From contig CAZIUH010000002.1 of the NCBI GenBank assembly GCA_964542675.1, forward strand, positions 98 to 64,097: a DNA stretch of 64,000 nucleotides, given 5' to 3'. Position numbers and translations under genes: made by a program. Below the pieces are notes generated by a model, which searched no databases, was not told the DNA's origin, and saw nothing but the letters and a program-made list of their open reading frames with translations. The stretch comes from an uncultured Candidatus Saccharibacteria bacterium. Lineage in GTDB: Bacteria; Patescibacteriota; Minisyncoccia; Phycocordibacterales; PALSA-1337. Shown here in pieces: positions 37,197 through 47,334 of the stretch. How positions within the stretch are numbered: position 1 is the stretch's first letter; each line of letters starts with the position of its first letter.

Positions 37197-38441
37197 TTAT
37201 CCGACAATCGGTTTGACAACCAGCATCGGGCAATTCTTTTCGGATACTGTGTCTGGGGCTTGGCTACCATTTCTCTTAACAAGCAATGCCCCGACAATGA
37301 GCACAATTCCGGAGACGATCCATGCAAACGATATACCGCAATATTGCGCTATCGCCCCACTTACGAGAAGCCCGAAAACTCCCCCAATATGAGGCGCAAT
37401 GGCGCAGAATGATGTTATCGTCGCCCTTTCAGCCGAAGGAATCCTCTTTTGCAAGAAACTGTCTTTCAAAGGAGGACACATACCACGCGTCATTTCATGT
37501 AAGAGGAATAGAGTTAGAATGATCGGCAAGGATGAAAACATCACGGTTAGAATAACAAATATTCCCGTAATGATCTGAATTCTGAGGATTAATGACTTTT
37601 CTCTTCCAGTACTTTTCATGCGCAACACCAGAAATGAACCGATGGCAACAAAAGCCATGATACCAGCGTATATGAATCCGAAACTGGATTCATTAACTCC
37701 ATAACTCTTGAAGAATGGCTGCCAATACATATTCAAGGCTTGCACCGCGAATATTTGCATGAATGTTATAAGCAGAATGAATCGAACCGCTTTATCATTC
37801 ATGCCATAATGAATACTTGTTTTTACCGTATCCCTCATTGAAACCATACCTTTTTTCCATGAGAGTTTTTGTCTCTTGAAATAGTTTTCCTTCATGGTTA
37901 TTTGTGCGGCAATGGTCACTACGAGAAGCCCAGTACCACCGCAATACCAAGGCCATGTGGCATTGAATGTGTAGAGATATGATCCTGCGATTGCTCCGAG
38001 ACCGCCACCGATCTGACAAAAGAGATTTTCGCGAGCGAATATCTTCGTCAGATCACCTGTGTAGTTCGTATGTTTCAGACTATCAACGAACCAAGCCTGG
38101 AACGCTCCACTTCGAAATGTAACACCAATAGCACAGATGACTTCTGCCAGAATAAATCCTGACAAAGAATCTGAGCTACCATAGACGAACATACTGAGTG
38201 ACATAAGCGCGCAAGAAAAAACGAATGCCGTTTTTCTCCCAAATATGTCAGCGAACGCCCCTGTCGGTATTTCACAGGCGAAGAGAGTTAGAAAAAAGCA
38301 TGTGTTTACCATATTCACCTCGAATAGGCTCAAGCCGTTTTTCATAAGGAATGTCACATATATAGCAGACTGAAGAGACAATCCGATAGCACTGAAAAGT
38401 GCCGACAACACGATATACTGACCAATAATTTTCTTTTGCAT
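37197..38441 (-). CDS. MFS transporter (12 TM)
   Basis: 414 aa with the pattern of 12 hydrophobic helices and MFS-like loop motifs. Inserted between rplD and rplC. Confidence 0.7.
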   Translation of the reverse strand: MQKKIIGQYIVLSALFSAIGLSLQSAIYVTFLMKNGLSLFEVNMVNTCFFLTLFACEIPTGAFADIFGRKTAFVFSCALMSLSMFVYGSSDSLSGFILAEVICAIGVTFRSGAFQAWFVDSLKHTNYTGDLTKIFARENLFCQIGGGLGAIAGSYLYTFNATWPWYCGGTGLLVVTIAAQITMKENYFKRQKLSWKKGMVSMRDTVKTSIHYGMNDKAVRFILLITFMQIFAVQALNMYWQPFFKSYGVNESSFGFIYAGIMAFVAIGSFLVLRMKSTGREKSLILRIQIITGIFVILTVMFSSLPIILTLFLLHEMTRGMCPPLKDSFLQKRIPSAERATITSFCAIAPHIGGVFGLLVSGAIAQYCGISFAWIVSGIVLIVGALLVKRNGSQAPDTVSEKNCPMLVVKPIVG

Positions 38442-38747
38442 AACCGTCTCCGATATTATTTTGTTAAGGAACTATTTGCCCTGAACGCGGAATTGAAAAT
38501 CCCGACTTATGTCCAGTCGGGGTGTTTCTAATGGGTTTCAAAAAGATTTATGAAAAGTTTAAGGATGATTTGAATGTTTAGAAAAATCACGATTGGACGC
38601 AAATGCGTTGGTATTTTCAGTAGATACTGTGAAATATCCGGCGCGAAGATTGGTCGGTTTATCGCACATATTCGTGATATTTATGCATTTACGCATAACC
38701 AAGATAATACACTGGCTATTATCAAGCTGTCAAACTGTAAAAATAAG

Positions 38748-38785
38748 ACCAAAAAAACCGTTCCGATACGCGTCGGAACGACTTT
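38748..38785 (-). terminator. rho-independent terminator downstream of rplC
   Basis: On the minus strand, CGTTCCGACGCGTATCGGAACG stem followed by TTTTTTT. Confidence 0.55.
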
Positions 38786-38803
38786 TATTCCAAATTATAA
38801 AAA

Positions 38804-39412
38804 TTATTCCCCCATCACTTCAACCAATGTCCCTCTCCTTCCCGGTACCGCGCCCGAGACATAGAGAATATTTTCTTCAGGATCAATATGGACAACTTTC
38901 AGATTTGTCACGGTCACACGATCACTACCCATTCTTCCGGCCATACGCATACCGACTGGGACGCGATTGCGAAGACCGCCGCCGATGGAACCCGGTTCAC
39001 GCTCACTGTGTTTTTGTCCATGGGAGCGAGGACCGCCATGAAAGCCATGGCGTTTGACAACACCTTGGAAACCCTTACCTTTGGAAATGGCGCTTACAGT
39101 TACCATATCCCCCAGCTTGAATTGCGCCAAATCAACTTTGTCGCCAACCTTTAGGGTTGAAGCTTCGGTTCGAAATTCTTTAACCGACACGAAATTGCCC
39201 ATGTCCTTGAAATGACCTTTCTGCGGTTTTGTAATACGATTCGGATTTCTGGAACCTTCGCCAATTTGAACTGCTTCATAACCATCAGCATCTTTCGTAC
39301 GAACTTGCGTTACGACATTATTTCGCGTAGCGATAAGAGTTACAGGAATAGCCGTACCCTTTTCATTGTATATCTGCGACATATTCAGTTTTCTTCCCAA
39401 AATGAATTTCAT
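38804..39412 (-). CDS. rplC: 50S ribosomal protein L3
   Basis: 202 aa. GKGFQGVVKRHGFHGGPRSHGQ... Confidence 0.92.
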   Translation of the reverse strand: MKFILGRKLNMSQIYNEKGTAIPVTLIATRNNVVTQVRTKDADGYEAVQIGEGSRNPNRITKPQKGHFKDMGNFVSVKEFRTEASTLKVGDKVDLAQFKLGDMVTVSAISKGKGFQGVVKRHGFHGGPRSHGQKHSEREPGSIGGGLRNRVPVGMRMAGRMGSDRVTVTNLKVVHIDPEENILYVSGAVPGRRGTLVEVMGE

Positions 39413-39442
39413 GGTATTTGTTTTTTACTAAGCACTAATTCA

Positions 39443-39550
39443 GGAAAAGTCTCGTAACGGAACCGACACTTCTCGGAGTGAGCCTTAGCAGAGCGGAGCG
39501 ATTAAGGGCTCACGGAGAGAATGTGTCGGTGAAGGAAACGAGATTTTTCC
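39443..39550 (-). promoter_or_regulatory. long, highly structured GC-rich intergenic RNA element between rpsJ and rplC
   Basis: 13-bp outer stem GGAAAAGTCTCGT/ACGAGATTTTTCC and inner CCGACAC...GTGTCGG, GTGAGCC/GGCTCAC pairings, about 110 nt. No T-run after it, so it is not a simple terminator. Confidence 0.45.
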
Positions 39551-39580
39551 TGACCACATGACACACGAATTAAAGTTAAA

Positions 39581-39994
39581 TTACATCATCTTCACATCGA
39601 TATTCACTCCCGACGGCAAACTCATATTGGTCAGCGCTTCGATAACTTTCGGATTCGGATTTACAATATCAATAAGACGCCTGTGAACTCTCATTTCGAA
39701 CTGCTCACGCGCGTTCTTATCTATGAACGAAGAGCGATTTACCGTGTATTTCTTGATCTCCGTCGGCAAAGGCACTGGACCGTGAATTTCCGCGTCATAG
39801 CGCGCCGCCGTGTCCATGATCTGTTTAAGTGACGCGTCGAGAATTTTGTGTTCATACGCGCGGACACGGATGCGGAGATGCGGGACTTCACCCTCTGTTT
39901 TTGCCGCCTTCTTAACACGAGAAGACTTCTTGACTGCGTGTTTTGTAGCCTTAACAACTTCATGCTCTTGAATTGTTGTCTTCGTCGCTGACAT
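39581..39994 (-). CDS. rpsJ: 30S ribosomal protein S10 (N-terminal extension)
   Basis: LRIRVRAYEHKILDASLKQIMDTAARYDAEIHGPVPLPT... Confidence 0.9.
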   Translation of the reverse strand: MSATKTTIQEHEVVKATKHAVKKSSRVKKAAKTEGEVPHLRIRVRAYEHKILDASLKQIMDTAARYDAEIHGPVPLPTEIKKYTVNRSSFIDKNAREQFEMRVHRRLIDIVNPNPKVIEALTNMSLPSGVNIDVKMM

Positions 39995-40000
39995 TAGAAT

Positions 40001-41188
40001 TTATGCGATAACCTTGGTTACAACTCCGGCGCCAACCGTCTTACCGCCTTCACGTACCGCGAATCTCTGTTTGTCTTCTAGAGCGACGGGAGCAACAAGT
40101 TTAACCTTGAAAGTGACGGTGTCGCCAGGCATAACCATCTCTACTTTTTCAGGCAAAGTCACTTCACCAGTAACATCGGTAGTACGAATATAGAATTGTG
40201 GCTTGTAACCCGTGAAGAACGGAGTATGACGGCCGCCTTCTTCCTTCTTTAGAACATAAACTTCTGATTCAAATTCGGTATGTGGTTTGACGGAACCCGG
40301 TTTTGCCAATACTTGCCCGCGTGATACATCATCCTTTCCGGTACCACGGAGAAGCACACCGGCATTGTCTCCACAAATACCTTCCTTCAAAGATTTATTG
40401 AACATTTCAATGCCCGTAACAACAGTTTTGGATGTATCTTTGAATCCGACGATTTCAACTTCTTCGCCGACCTTGATTTTCCCGCGTTCAATACGGCCTG
40501 TTACGACTGTACCGCGTCCTTCAATAGAAAAGATATCTTCTATCGGCATTAGAAACGGTTTATCGGTTTCGCGAACCGGTTCAGGAATATACGTGTCTAG
40601 AGCGGTTATAAGTTCATCAATCTTGGTTGTCCACGCCGCGTCACCAGCCAAGGCGCCAGAAGCCGAACCGCGAATAACCGGAGTATTCGCTCCATCAAAT
40701 TTGTTCTTGGTCAAGAGTTCACGCACTTCCTCTTCGACTAGATCAATGAGATCTTTTTCCGGCACAAGGTCACATTTGTTTAGAAAGACGACAATCTTCG
40801 GCACACCGACTTGATACGCGAGTAGGACATGCTCGCGAGTTTGCGGCATAACACCATCTGTCGCTGAAACCACGAGTATAGCTCCGTCCATTTGGGCGGC
40901 GCCGGTAATCATATTTTTAATGAAGTCGGCATGTCCCGGACAATCGATATGAGCGTAATGACGAGTTGGTGATTCGTACTCCACATGCGAAAGTGAAATC
41001 GTAACGGTTTTTGTCGCGTCACGAACCGTGCCTCCCTTTGTAATGTCGGCATAAGCTTTGACTTGAGCTAGACCTTTCTTGCTTTGAACAGCGAGAATAG
41101 CGGCGGTCAAAGTCGATTTGCCGTGGTCAATGTGACCAATTGTGCCCACATTCATGTGGGGCTTACTGCGATTGAATTCTGTAGCCAT
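40001..41188 (-). CDS. tuf: elongation factor Tu
   Basis: [26 protein letters not shown] motifs. 395 aa. Confidence 0.95.
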   Translation of the reverse strand: MATEFNRSKPHMNVGTIGHIDHGKSTLTAAILAVQSKKGLAQVKAYADITKGGTVRDATKTVTISLSHVEYESPTRHYAHIDCPGHADFIKNMITGAAQMDGAILVVSATDGVMPQTREHVLLAYQVGVPKIVVFLNKCDLVPEKDLIDLVEEEVRELLTKNKFDGANTPVIRGSASGALAGDAAWTTKIDELITALDTYIPEPVRETDKPFLMPIEDIFSIEGRGTVVTGRIERGKIKVGEEVEIVGFKDTSKTVVTGIEMFNKSLKEGICGDNAGVLLRGTGKDDVSRGQVLAKPGSVKPHTEFESEVYVLKKEEGGRHTPFFTGYKPQFYIRTTDVTGEVTLPEKVEMVMPGDTVTFKVKLVAPVALEDKQRFAVREGGKTVGAGVVTKVIA

Positions 41189-41487
41189 AATATTGTTTTA
41201 TTGCTTTAGCTCGCTTCGCGTGTGTGTGATTCGCCTGTAATTCATCTCCGCCACTTGAAGTGAAAGAAATGAAAACAGAACAAAACGCGGCGAGAGCCAA
41301 AGATAAATTATTAATAGTTTTAATAAATACTAACAAAGACGCTGTATAGCGCGTACTCTGTAGGATAGCATGACGAGAAATATTGTCAATCATCTCATAA
41401 ATATCTTTATAAATTCACCGAACAAACACTCGCAAATCATAGGCGATTGTTCGGTGAATTATCAATGCATGTCACAATTCAATGCGA

Positions 41488-43500
41488 TTATTGCGGTTTT
41501 TGGAGATATTCTTTGAAGGCGTCCCAGATATTGGCTGTTGGTATTGTACTTACTGTTGTAGCCGGTTGTACCGTGACTTGCGATGAAACACCAACAGCAT
41601 AGTTTGGATTATCAGACAAATATTCATAGAAGTTCGGTACGATATTTTGAGCCGAAAACGTTGTATTATCGATTCGGAAAACAACGCTTCGTACTGTGGC
41701 TGAATTGAATTTTGTCATTTTGTTGCATAGAGATGTATTGCCACCTATATCACCGATCCATACAGCCGAGACTCCGGACGGACAACTCAAATAAAGCGCT
41801 GATGACACTGCGTTGCTATGTGTAGTGAAGTTCAGGGTTACAGTACTACCAGAATTAACCATTGAAACAGAAGGGGTGATAGAGAGTGAGCCAGTAGGAG
41901 TACTTGAGGTTACGGTAAAGATATGTGTGTTACTATTCTTTCCTATAGTCAGATCAGAATCATTAACCACACTCAGTCCATATGATCCAATCGAAACTGA
42001 ACCTGGAATAGCAAAAGAGATTGTTGAACCGTTACTTGAAGAGGCTAGATAAGTGTTTCCGGCAATTAGAATCCGATTATATGAACCAAAACCTGAACCC
42101 GTAATCGAAACCATGCTTCCTACTGGACCTGATGTTGGATAAATAGAAGTTATAGATGATTGGGGTAAATCTGATATTTTAGGATTAATTAGAGTTACTA
42201 TATGTCCTGCACTTGTTTGACCCGATGAGTTCGTAACATAGACCGCAGGGAATCCAGATGGTAATGATGGAACAATAAATCTTGCAGTTGTACCATATGT
42301 TTCTGTTACCGTAACAGGGTTTGTTGAACCGCCAACTTTTACTGACAACATTCCACTAAGCCCAGTACCATAAATGGTTGCCCAATTATTTGCATGGATA
42401 GTATTTTCAGGATCGCCAGCTGATTGGACATTCGAAATAGTTGGTCTAATTGAAGTTACATCTGAAGCCGTTGTCTGTGTCGTTACCTGTGTTGGCGTAA
42501 TACTAGAAGCAGGAATTATACCTACCGCTTGCGTGCCATCGGTAAATTCCACATAAATCTTTCCACCACTGAACCTAGAACTTTCTGGTTGGCCATATAG
42601 TTTGAGATTGTATGTGCCAGTACCCGTCATAATATTCTGATTATAAACAGTATTCACTTGTGAACCATCACGAGTGACTACAAGTGGATATGGTGTCTCT
42701 TTGTAACCATAAAGATCTGCTCCATCATTCAAGTAACGGGAATCCCCTGTTGACCATACTTCACCAGCCAAATTGTGCTTGACTGTAATACGAGAAATTG
42801 TTTTTTGTGAAGGAAGTGTTACGGTTGCATACCATTGCCAATCATTCGGATTTGAATTTACATTGGCGGCATTTGGACTAAACTGACCCCAAGCACCAGC
42901 TTTGTCTTCTCCAGCATAATAGAGATACGCGGATACAGTAGTGCCGGGAGCTTGGGACGTATCGGTTTTGATATTGGTGCTGGTATTGGTATTAGCATTT
43001 GTACCTGTCAATGAAGATGCTGTACAAACCGTATTGAACTTCGCACGCGTCAGAGGTCCAAAGTATGATTCGGTAATACCATTCGCATTTTGATATCGTT
43101 GTAATGCCGTTACCGTTTGAGAACCATAATATCCCTTCGTGGCTTGTCCAGAAGATATTGCTGGAATATCATAACCGAGTTTCATAAGCCATGATTGGAG
43201 AGTTTCTACATCTATTCCCATGCTTCCTTGTCGTAGATTTGTTGTATATTGATAGCATTTATTACTATTTGTGGCTGTTGTGACTGTCGTATCAGTTGTC
43301 GCTTTACAAATATATCCAGTAGGACAATTTGATATTTGTGCGACGGGAGTACATATATACCCTTCCGGACACGCGGGAAGCACAGTACATATGTAACCTG
43401 CAGGACAAGTAACGGCCTCCACATTCACTGGACTCGACACTAGTACCACGAACGCGAAGATCGCAATCGGTACAAGTGACGAAATTAATATTTTTTTCAT
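41488..43500 (-). CDS. secreted protein: signal peptide, three CPxGYIC(T/K) Cys repeats, peptidoglycan-binding (PG_binding_1-like) domain, Thr/Ser-rich Ig-like C-terminal region
   Basis: MKKILISSLVPIAIFAFVVLV signal. CPAGYICT, CPEGYICT, CPTGYICK repeats. LQSWLMKLGYDI...TVTALQRYQNANGI. 670 aa. Inserted between fusA and tuf. Confidence 0.6.
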   Translation of the reverse strand: MKKILISSLVPIAIFAFVVLVSSPVNVEAVTCPAGYICTVLPACPEGYICTPVAQISNCPTGYICKATTDTTVTTATNSNKCYQYTTNLRQGSMGIDVETLQSWLMKLGYDIPAISSGQATKGYYGSQTVTALQRYQNANGITESYFGPLTRAKFNTVCTASSLTGTNANTNTSTNIKTDTSQAPGTTVSAYLYYAGEDKAGAWGQFSPNAANVNSNPNDWQWYATVTLPSQKTISRITVKHNLAGEVWSTGDSRYLNDGADLYGYKETPYPLVVTRDGSQVNTVYNQNIMTGTGTYNLKLYGQPESSRFSGGKIYVEFTDGTQAVGIIPASSITPTQVTTQTTASDVTSIRPTISNVQSAGDPENTIHANNWATIYGTGLSGMLSVKVGGSTNPVTVTETYGTTARFIVPSLPSGFPAVYVTNSSGQTSAGHIVTLINPKISDLPQSSITSIYPTSGPVGSMVSITGSGFGSYNRILIAGNTYLASSSNGSTISFAIPGSVSIGSYGLSVVNDSDLTIGKNSNTHIFTVTSSTPTGSLSITPSVSMVNSGSTVTLNFTTHSNAVSSALYLSCPSGVSAVWIGDIGGNTSLCNKMTKFNSATVRSVVFRIDNTTFSAQNIVPNFYEYLSDNPNYAVGVSSQVTVQPATTVSTIPTANIWDAFKEYLQKPQ

Positions 43501-43518
43501 AGTAAAAAAGAAAGTGAG

Positions 43519-43545
43519 GGTTTTATAAATTCGACCCTCGTTAGC
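43519..43545 (-). terminator. rho-independent terminator downstream of fusA
   Basis: On the minus strand, GAGGGTCGAATTTATAAAACCCTC followed by ACTTTCTTTTTT. It abuts the start of the downstream gene. Confidence 0.5.
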
Positions 43546-43646
43546 TTCTATGTATATAGAATAACACCCCCCCTATTGAAAACAATAGAGAGGTTATCAA
43601 CAGTATTTACAGTGATAAATAAATATCTTTTCTGGAGAAAATAATA

Positions 43647-45791
43647 CTACTTCCTCTTCTCCTGAATCTCCAAGGCCACATTCGCCGGCACCACCTCATA
43701 ATGGTCAAATTCCATCATGGCACTACCCTGTCCCGAAGTCATGGAACGAAGCTGGGTTGTATAACCGAACATTTCAGATAACGGAACTTTGGCATGAATG
43801 GCCAGCGCCATACCGCGGGGCTCGGAACCTTCCACTTGACCGCGCTTGGCGGCGATAGAACCATTGATATCGCCCATGTACTTTTCCGGAGCGACGATTT
43901 CCAGTTTCATAATAGGTTCCAGAATAACCGGTTTGGCGCGCTTGGTGGCGTCTTGGAAAGCTTGAGAAGCGGCAATCTTGTAGGCGATTTCTGAAGAGTC
44001 AACATCATGATATGAACCGAACGTCAGTTCACAAGAAATGTTCACCATCTTGTATCCAGCCACAATACCGCGATCCATGGCTTCATGAACACCTTTTTCA
44101 ACCGCCGGAATAAATTCATTCGGAATAACGCCACCCTTGATAGAGTTTACGAATTCGAAATCATCGAAGCGATGAACGGTTTTCGGCATTTTCTTGTCTT
44201 CTGGCCATGGCTCCATAGGTTTGATATTGAGTTTGACATGACCATATTGTCCTTTACCGCCAGTTTGTTTGATGTATTTGTGTTCCGCCTCCGCCGAACC
44301 GAGGATTGTTTCGCGATACGCTACCTGCGGTTCGCCCGTGTTCGTCTCCACGCCAAATTCGCGCTTCATGCGTTCAACCATGATTTCCAGATGTAATTCA
44401 CCCATTCCAGAAATGATAGTCTCACCTGTTTCCTGATTCGTGGAAATCCTGAATGTCGGATCTTCATTGCCAAGTTTGCGAAGTGCCATGCCCATTTTCT
44501 CTTGATCAGCTTTCGTTTTTGGCTCAACGCGCAAAGAAATGACCGGTTCCATGAATTTGATCTTCTCGAGAACGATCGGATTGTTCTCATCACAAAATGT
44601 ATGCGAAGTCAGAGCGTCCTTGAGTCCCACCGCGGCGGCAATCTCTCCGGCAAAAACTTTTTTTACTTCTTCACGATCATTGGCTTGCAGACGCACTATT
44701 CGGCCAAGCCTTTCTTTCTTGCCCGTCGTGGAATTGTAAAGATATGTTCCCGATTCAACAGTTCCGGAATATACGCGGAAAAATGTTAACTGTCCGACGA
44801 ACGGGTCGCTCTGGAGTTTGAATGCCAAAGCGGCAAAAGGTTCTTCATCCGAAGCGTGGCGAATAATTTCTTCGCCCGTATTCGGATTGACGCCTTTGAC
44901 CGGTGGCATATCGAGAGGTGACGGTAAATAGTCAACGACAGCGTCCAAAACGAGTTGAACACCCTTGTTTTTCAGAGCAGAACCGGTAAATACCGGGAAA
45001 ATCTTATTCTCAATAACAGCTTTCCGAACCGTTTTTTTGAGTTCATCCAGAGGAATTTCTTTACCCTCAAGATAATGACTCATCTGCGTATCATCATGTT
45101 CGACGATTTTTTCTATGAGTTCGGCGTGAAATTTCTTCGCGTCATTCAACAAATGTTCCGGGATTTCCTCTTCACGAACTATTTCGCCCATTTTTCCATC
45201 AAAGTAGTATGCCTTCATGCGAAGAAGATCAACAACACCGTTATGTTGCTCCTCCATGCCGATAGGGATTTGAAATCTGACTGCCTTCAAACTCAAACGC
45301 TCTAATATGGACTTGAATGAAAACTCAAAAGACGCGCCCATGCGATCCATTTTATTAATGAAACAGAGGCGCGGCACATTACCTTCATCGGCATAACGCC
45401 AATTTGTCTCGGATTGCGGCTCAACACCGGCAACGCCGTCGAAAACAACTACCGCGCCGTCCAAAACACGCAAAGATCTCTTTACTTCGGCGGTAAAATC
45501 GATATGCCCGGGAGTGTCGATTATATTAAAACGAACCTTTCTTGAAGTATCCGTAGGCGACATATATGTCGGATTCCAGAAGCATGTGATGGCGGCTGCC
45601 GTAATCGTGATACCGCGTTCTCTCTCCTGCTCCATCCAATCGGTTACCGTATCACCTTCATGTACCTCACCGATCTTATGTGTCATACCGGTATAAAACA
45701 AAATACGCTCGGAAGTTGTCGTCTTGCCAGCGTCAATATGCGCTATGACGCCAAAATTACGCACTTTTTCTAATGGACAGTCGCGATTCAT
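43647..45791 (-). CDS. fusA: elongation factor G
   Basis: 714 aa. NFGVIAHIDAGKTTTSERIL, DTPGHIDF. Confidence 0.95.
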   Translation of the reverse strand: MNRDCPLEKVRNFGVIAHIDAGKTTTSERILFYTGMTHKIGEVHEGDTVTDWMEQERERGITITAAAITCFWNPTYMSPTDTSRKVRFNIIDTPGHIDFTAEVKRSLRVLDGAVVVFDGVAGVEPQSETNWRYADEGNVPRLCFINKMDRMGASFEFSFKSILERLSLKAVRFQIPIGMEEQHNGVVDLLRMKAYYFDGKMGEIVREEEIPEHLLNDAKKFHAELIEKIVEHDDTQMSHYLEGKEIPLDELKKTVRKAVIENKIFPVFTGSALKNKGVQLVLDAVVDYLPSPLDMPPVKGVNPNTGEEIIRHASDEEPFAALAFKLQSDPFVGQLTFFRVYSGTVESGTYLYNSTTGKKERLGRIVRLQANDREEVKKVFAGEIAAAVGLKDALTSHTFCDENNPIVLEKIKFMEPVISLRVEPKTKADQEKMGMALRKLGNEDPTFRISTNQETGETIISGMGELHLEIMVERMKREFGVETNTGEPQVAYRETILGSAEAEHKYIKQTGGKGQYGHVKLNIKPMEPWPEDKKMPKTVHRFDDFEFVNSIKGGVIPNEFIPAVEKGVHEAMDRGIVAGYKMVNISCELTFGSYHDVDSSEIAYKIAASQAFQDATKRAKPVILEPIMKLEIVAPEKYMGDINGSIAAKRGQVEGSEPRGMALAIHAKVPLSEMFGYTTQLRSMTSGQGSAMMEFDHYEVVPANVALEIQEKRK

Positions 45792-45872
45792 GATTTATTA
45801 TGTCATTCCCACGAAAGCGGGAATCCATGATTAAATTGATTTGATAATTAATTACAATTAAATAAAAAAGCA

Positions 45873-45902
45873 GTAGCTGCTTAATATAGATACGATACAG
45901 GA
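45873..45902 (-). terminator. candidate terminator downstream of the ORF6N gene
   Basis: On the minus strand, AAGCAGCTACTGCTT followed by TTTTTTATTT. Confidence 0.4.
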
Positions 45903-45940
45903 AAATGGATAAATAATCAAATTGTATTCATTCTTTATTC

Positions 45941-46492
45941 TTATACTCTCCTTATGTCAAATCTAAGTTTATGCTTCGGTGATATTGGTTTGTCCATAAA
46001 TCGCTTCATATGTGAATATAATTCAGTAAGTCCTATCCCCTGCCGAATCTGTTCCAGCTCCAATTTATCAACTTTATTCGCAAGATCTTTGTTATTTGAG
46101 ATCATTCGACGAAGTTTGACGAATGCGCGCATGATGAAAATATTCATTTGCACAGCCTTATCACTATTCAGAACTGAGGAAAGCATGGCCACACCAAGCT
46201 CGGTAAAGACATATGGCAATTGATGAGAAAATCTCCGAACAGAAAGGTGGTCGCAAATTGCGACCACCTTATTCTTTTCATCGGCAGTTAATCTAAACAT
46301 AAAGTCATTTGGAAACCTAGCTATATTACGTTTTACTTGTTCATTCAATCATTTTGTTGGTATCTGATAAAGTTCTGCCAAGTCAAAATCAAGCATGACT
46401 TTCTGTCCACGGATCAAATGAATCCGTCGTTCTATGAATGCTGGAGTAACTGGCATAATCAAACTTGTTTCAATTATTTTAACTTCTTTCAT
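45941..46492 (-). pseudogene. ORF6N-domain (KilA-N/antirepressor-like) gene interrupted by an in-frame TGA
   Basis: Upstream frame MKEVKIIETSLIMPVTPAFIERRIHLIRGQKVMLDFDLAELYQIPTK, then TGA (46351-46349), then LNEQVKRNIARFPNDFMFRLT... in the same frame. Together they span the complete ORF6N domain. Confidence 0.6.
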
Positions 46493-46617
46493 CGCCACAG
46501 TTTATCAACACAAAACATCCCGTCAATATTGACAGGATGTTTTGTAATTTTAGAAACTATTCACATGAAATCCTCAGTATGCTACAATTAATTAAACAAT
46601 TCAAAAGAAAGGTTCTC

Positions 46618-46734
46618 ATGAAAAAATTCTTACTCGAGCTCTTTGCACCATTTCGTAATCCAAAGATAACTGGGGGCCTACTAATAATCTGTATTATCGT
46701 CTCAATTATCCTCACATGGCTATTTCCGAGATAG
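46618..46734 (+). CDS. possible small hydrophobic peptide (38 aa, 1 TM)
   Basis: MKKFLLELFAPFRNPKITGGLLIICIIVSIILTWLFPR. Followed at about 46755-46783 by a plus-strand hairpin plus T-run. No SD evident. Confidence 0.25.
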   Translation: MKKFLLELFAPFRNPKITGGLLIICIIVSIILTWLFPR

Positions 46735-46792
46735 GATATGGAGATAGGTATACAAAGAGATCAACCAAAGGTCTCTTTTTTCTTCTTTCCTT

Positions 46793-47263
46793 TTACCACG
46801 CAAAGTGCGCGAAAGCCTTGTTTGCCTCTGCCATTTTGTGAACATTCTCGCGTTTCTTCACGGCTTCGCCTTCATTCTTGGAAGCGGCGATGATTTCGTC
46901 TGTAAGTTTGAGATGCATCGGCTTGCCTTTCTTGCCTCGCGCGGCCTCGATAATCCATTTCATGGAAAGAGCTTGCTTGCGCTCTGGACGGACTTCACGC
47001 GGAACTTGATAGTTGGCGCCACCGACGCGACGAGAACGGACTTCCATAGCCGGAGTCGTATTTTTGAGGGCAAGCTCGAATATTTCCATCGGATTTTCCG
47101 TCTTGGCTTGCTCCTTTATAGCCGTCATACAATCATGCACGATTGTACGAGCAATGTTTTTCTTGCCTTCTTGCATAACATAATTCACGAATTTGGAAAT
47201 CTTCACAGAATCATAAATCGCGTCTGGTCTCAATTCTCTCTTTGTTTTTATTTTGCGTCGCAT
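46793..47263 (-). CDS. rpsG: 30S ribosomal protein S7
   Basis: [38 protein letters not shown]... Confidence 0.92.
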   Translation of the reverse strand: MRRKIKTKRELRPDAIYDSVKISKFVNYVMQEGKKNIARTIVHDCMTAIKEQAKTENPMEIFELALKNTTPAMEVRSRRVGGANYQVPREVRPERKQALSMKWIIEAARGKKGKPMHLKLTDEIIAASKNEGEAVKKRENVHKMAEANKAFAHFAW

Positions 47264-47274
47264 GGTTTTGGAAT

Positions 47275-47329
47275 AAATTATGAATTACGAATTAACACAA
47301 GAAAATTTATTCATAATTCTTAATTCGAC
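47275..47329. repeat. GAATTAN heptamer-array inverted pair (rpsL–rpsG spacer)
   Basis: AAATTATGAATTACGAATTAAC ... TTCATAATTCTTAATTCGAC. Confidence 0.7.
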
Positions 47330-47334
47330 TTATT

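Noticed and set aside
45941-46492. Genome-wide UGA recoding (code 25/4) as the explanation for the in-frame TGA in the ORF6N gene
   Set aside because: About 70 long genes in this window, including EF-G and the 952-aa ORF, are intact with TGA treated as a stop. If UGA were a sense codon, many would appear fragmented. A local nonsense mutation or sequencing error is the more parsimonious explanation.
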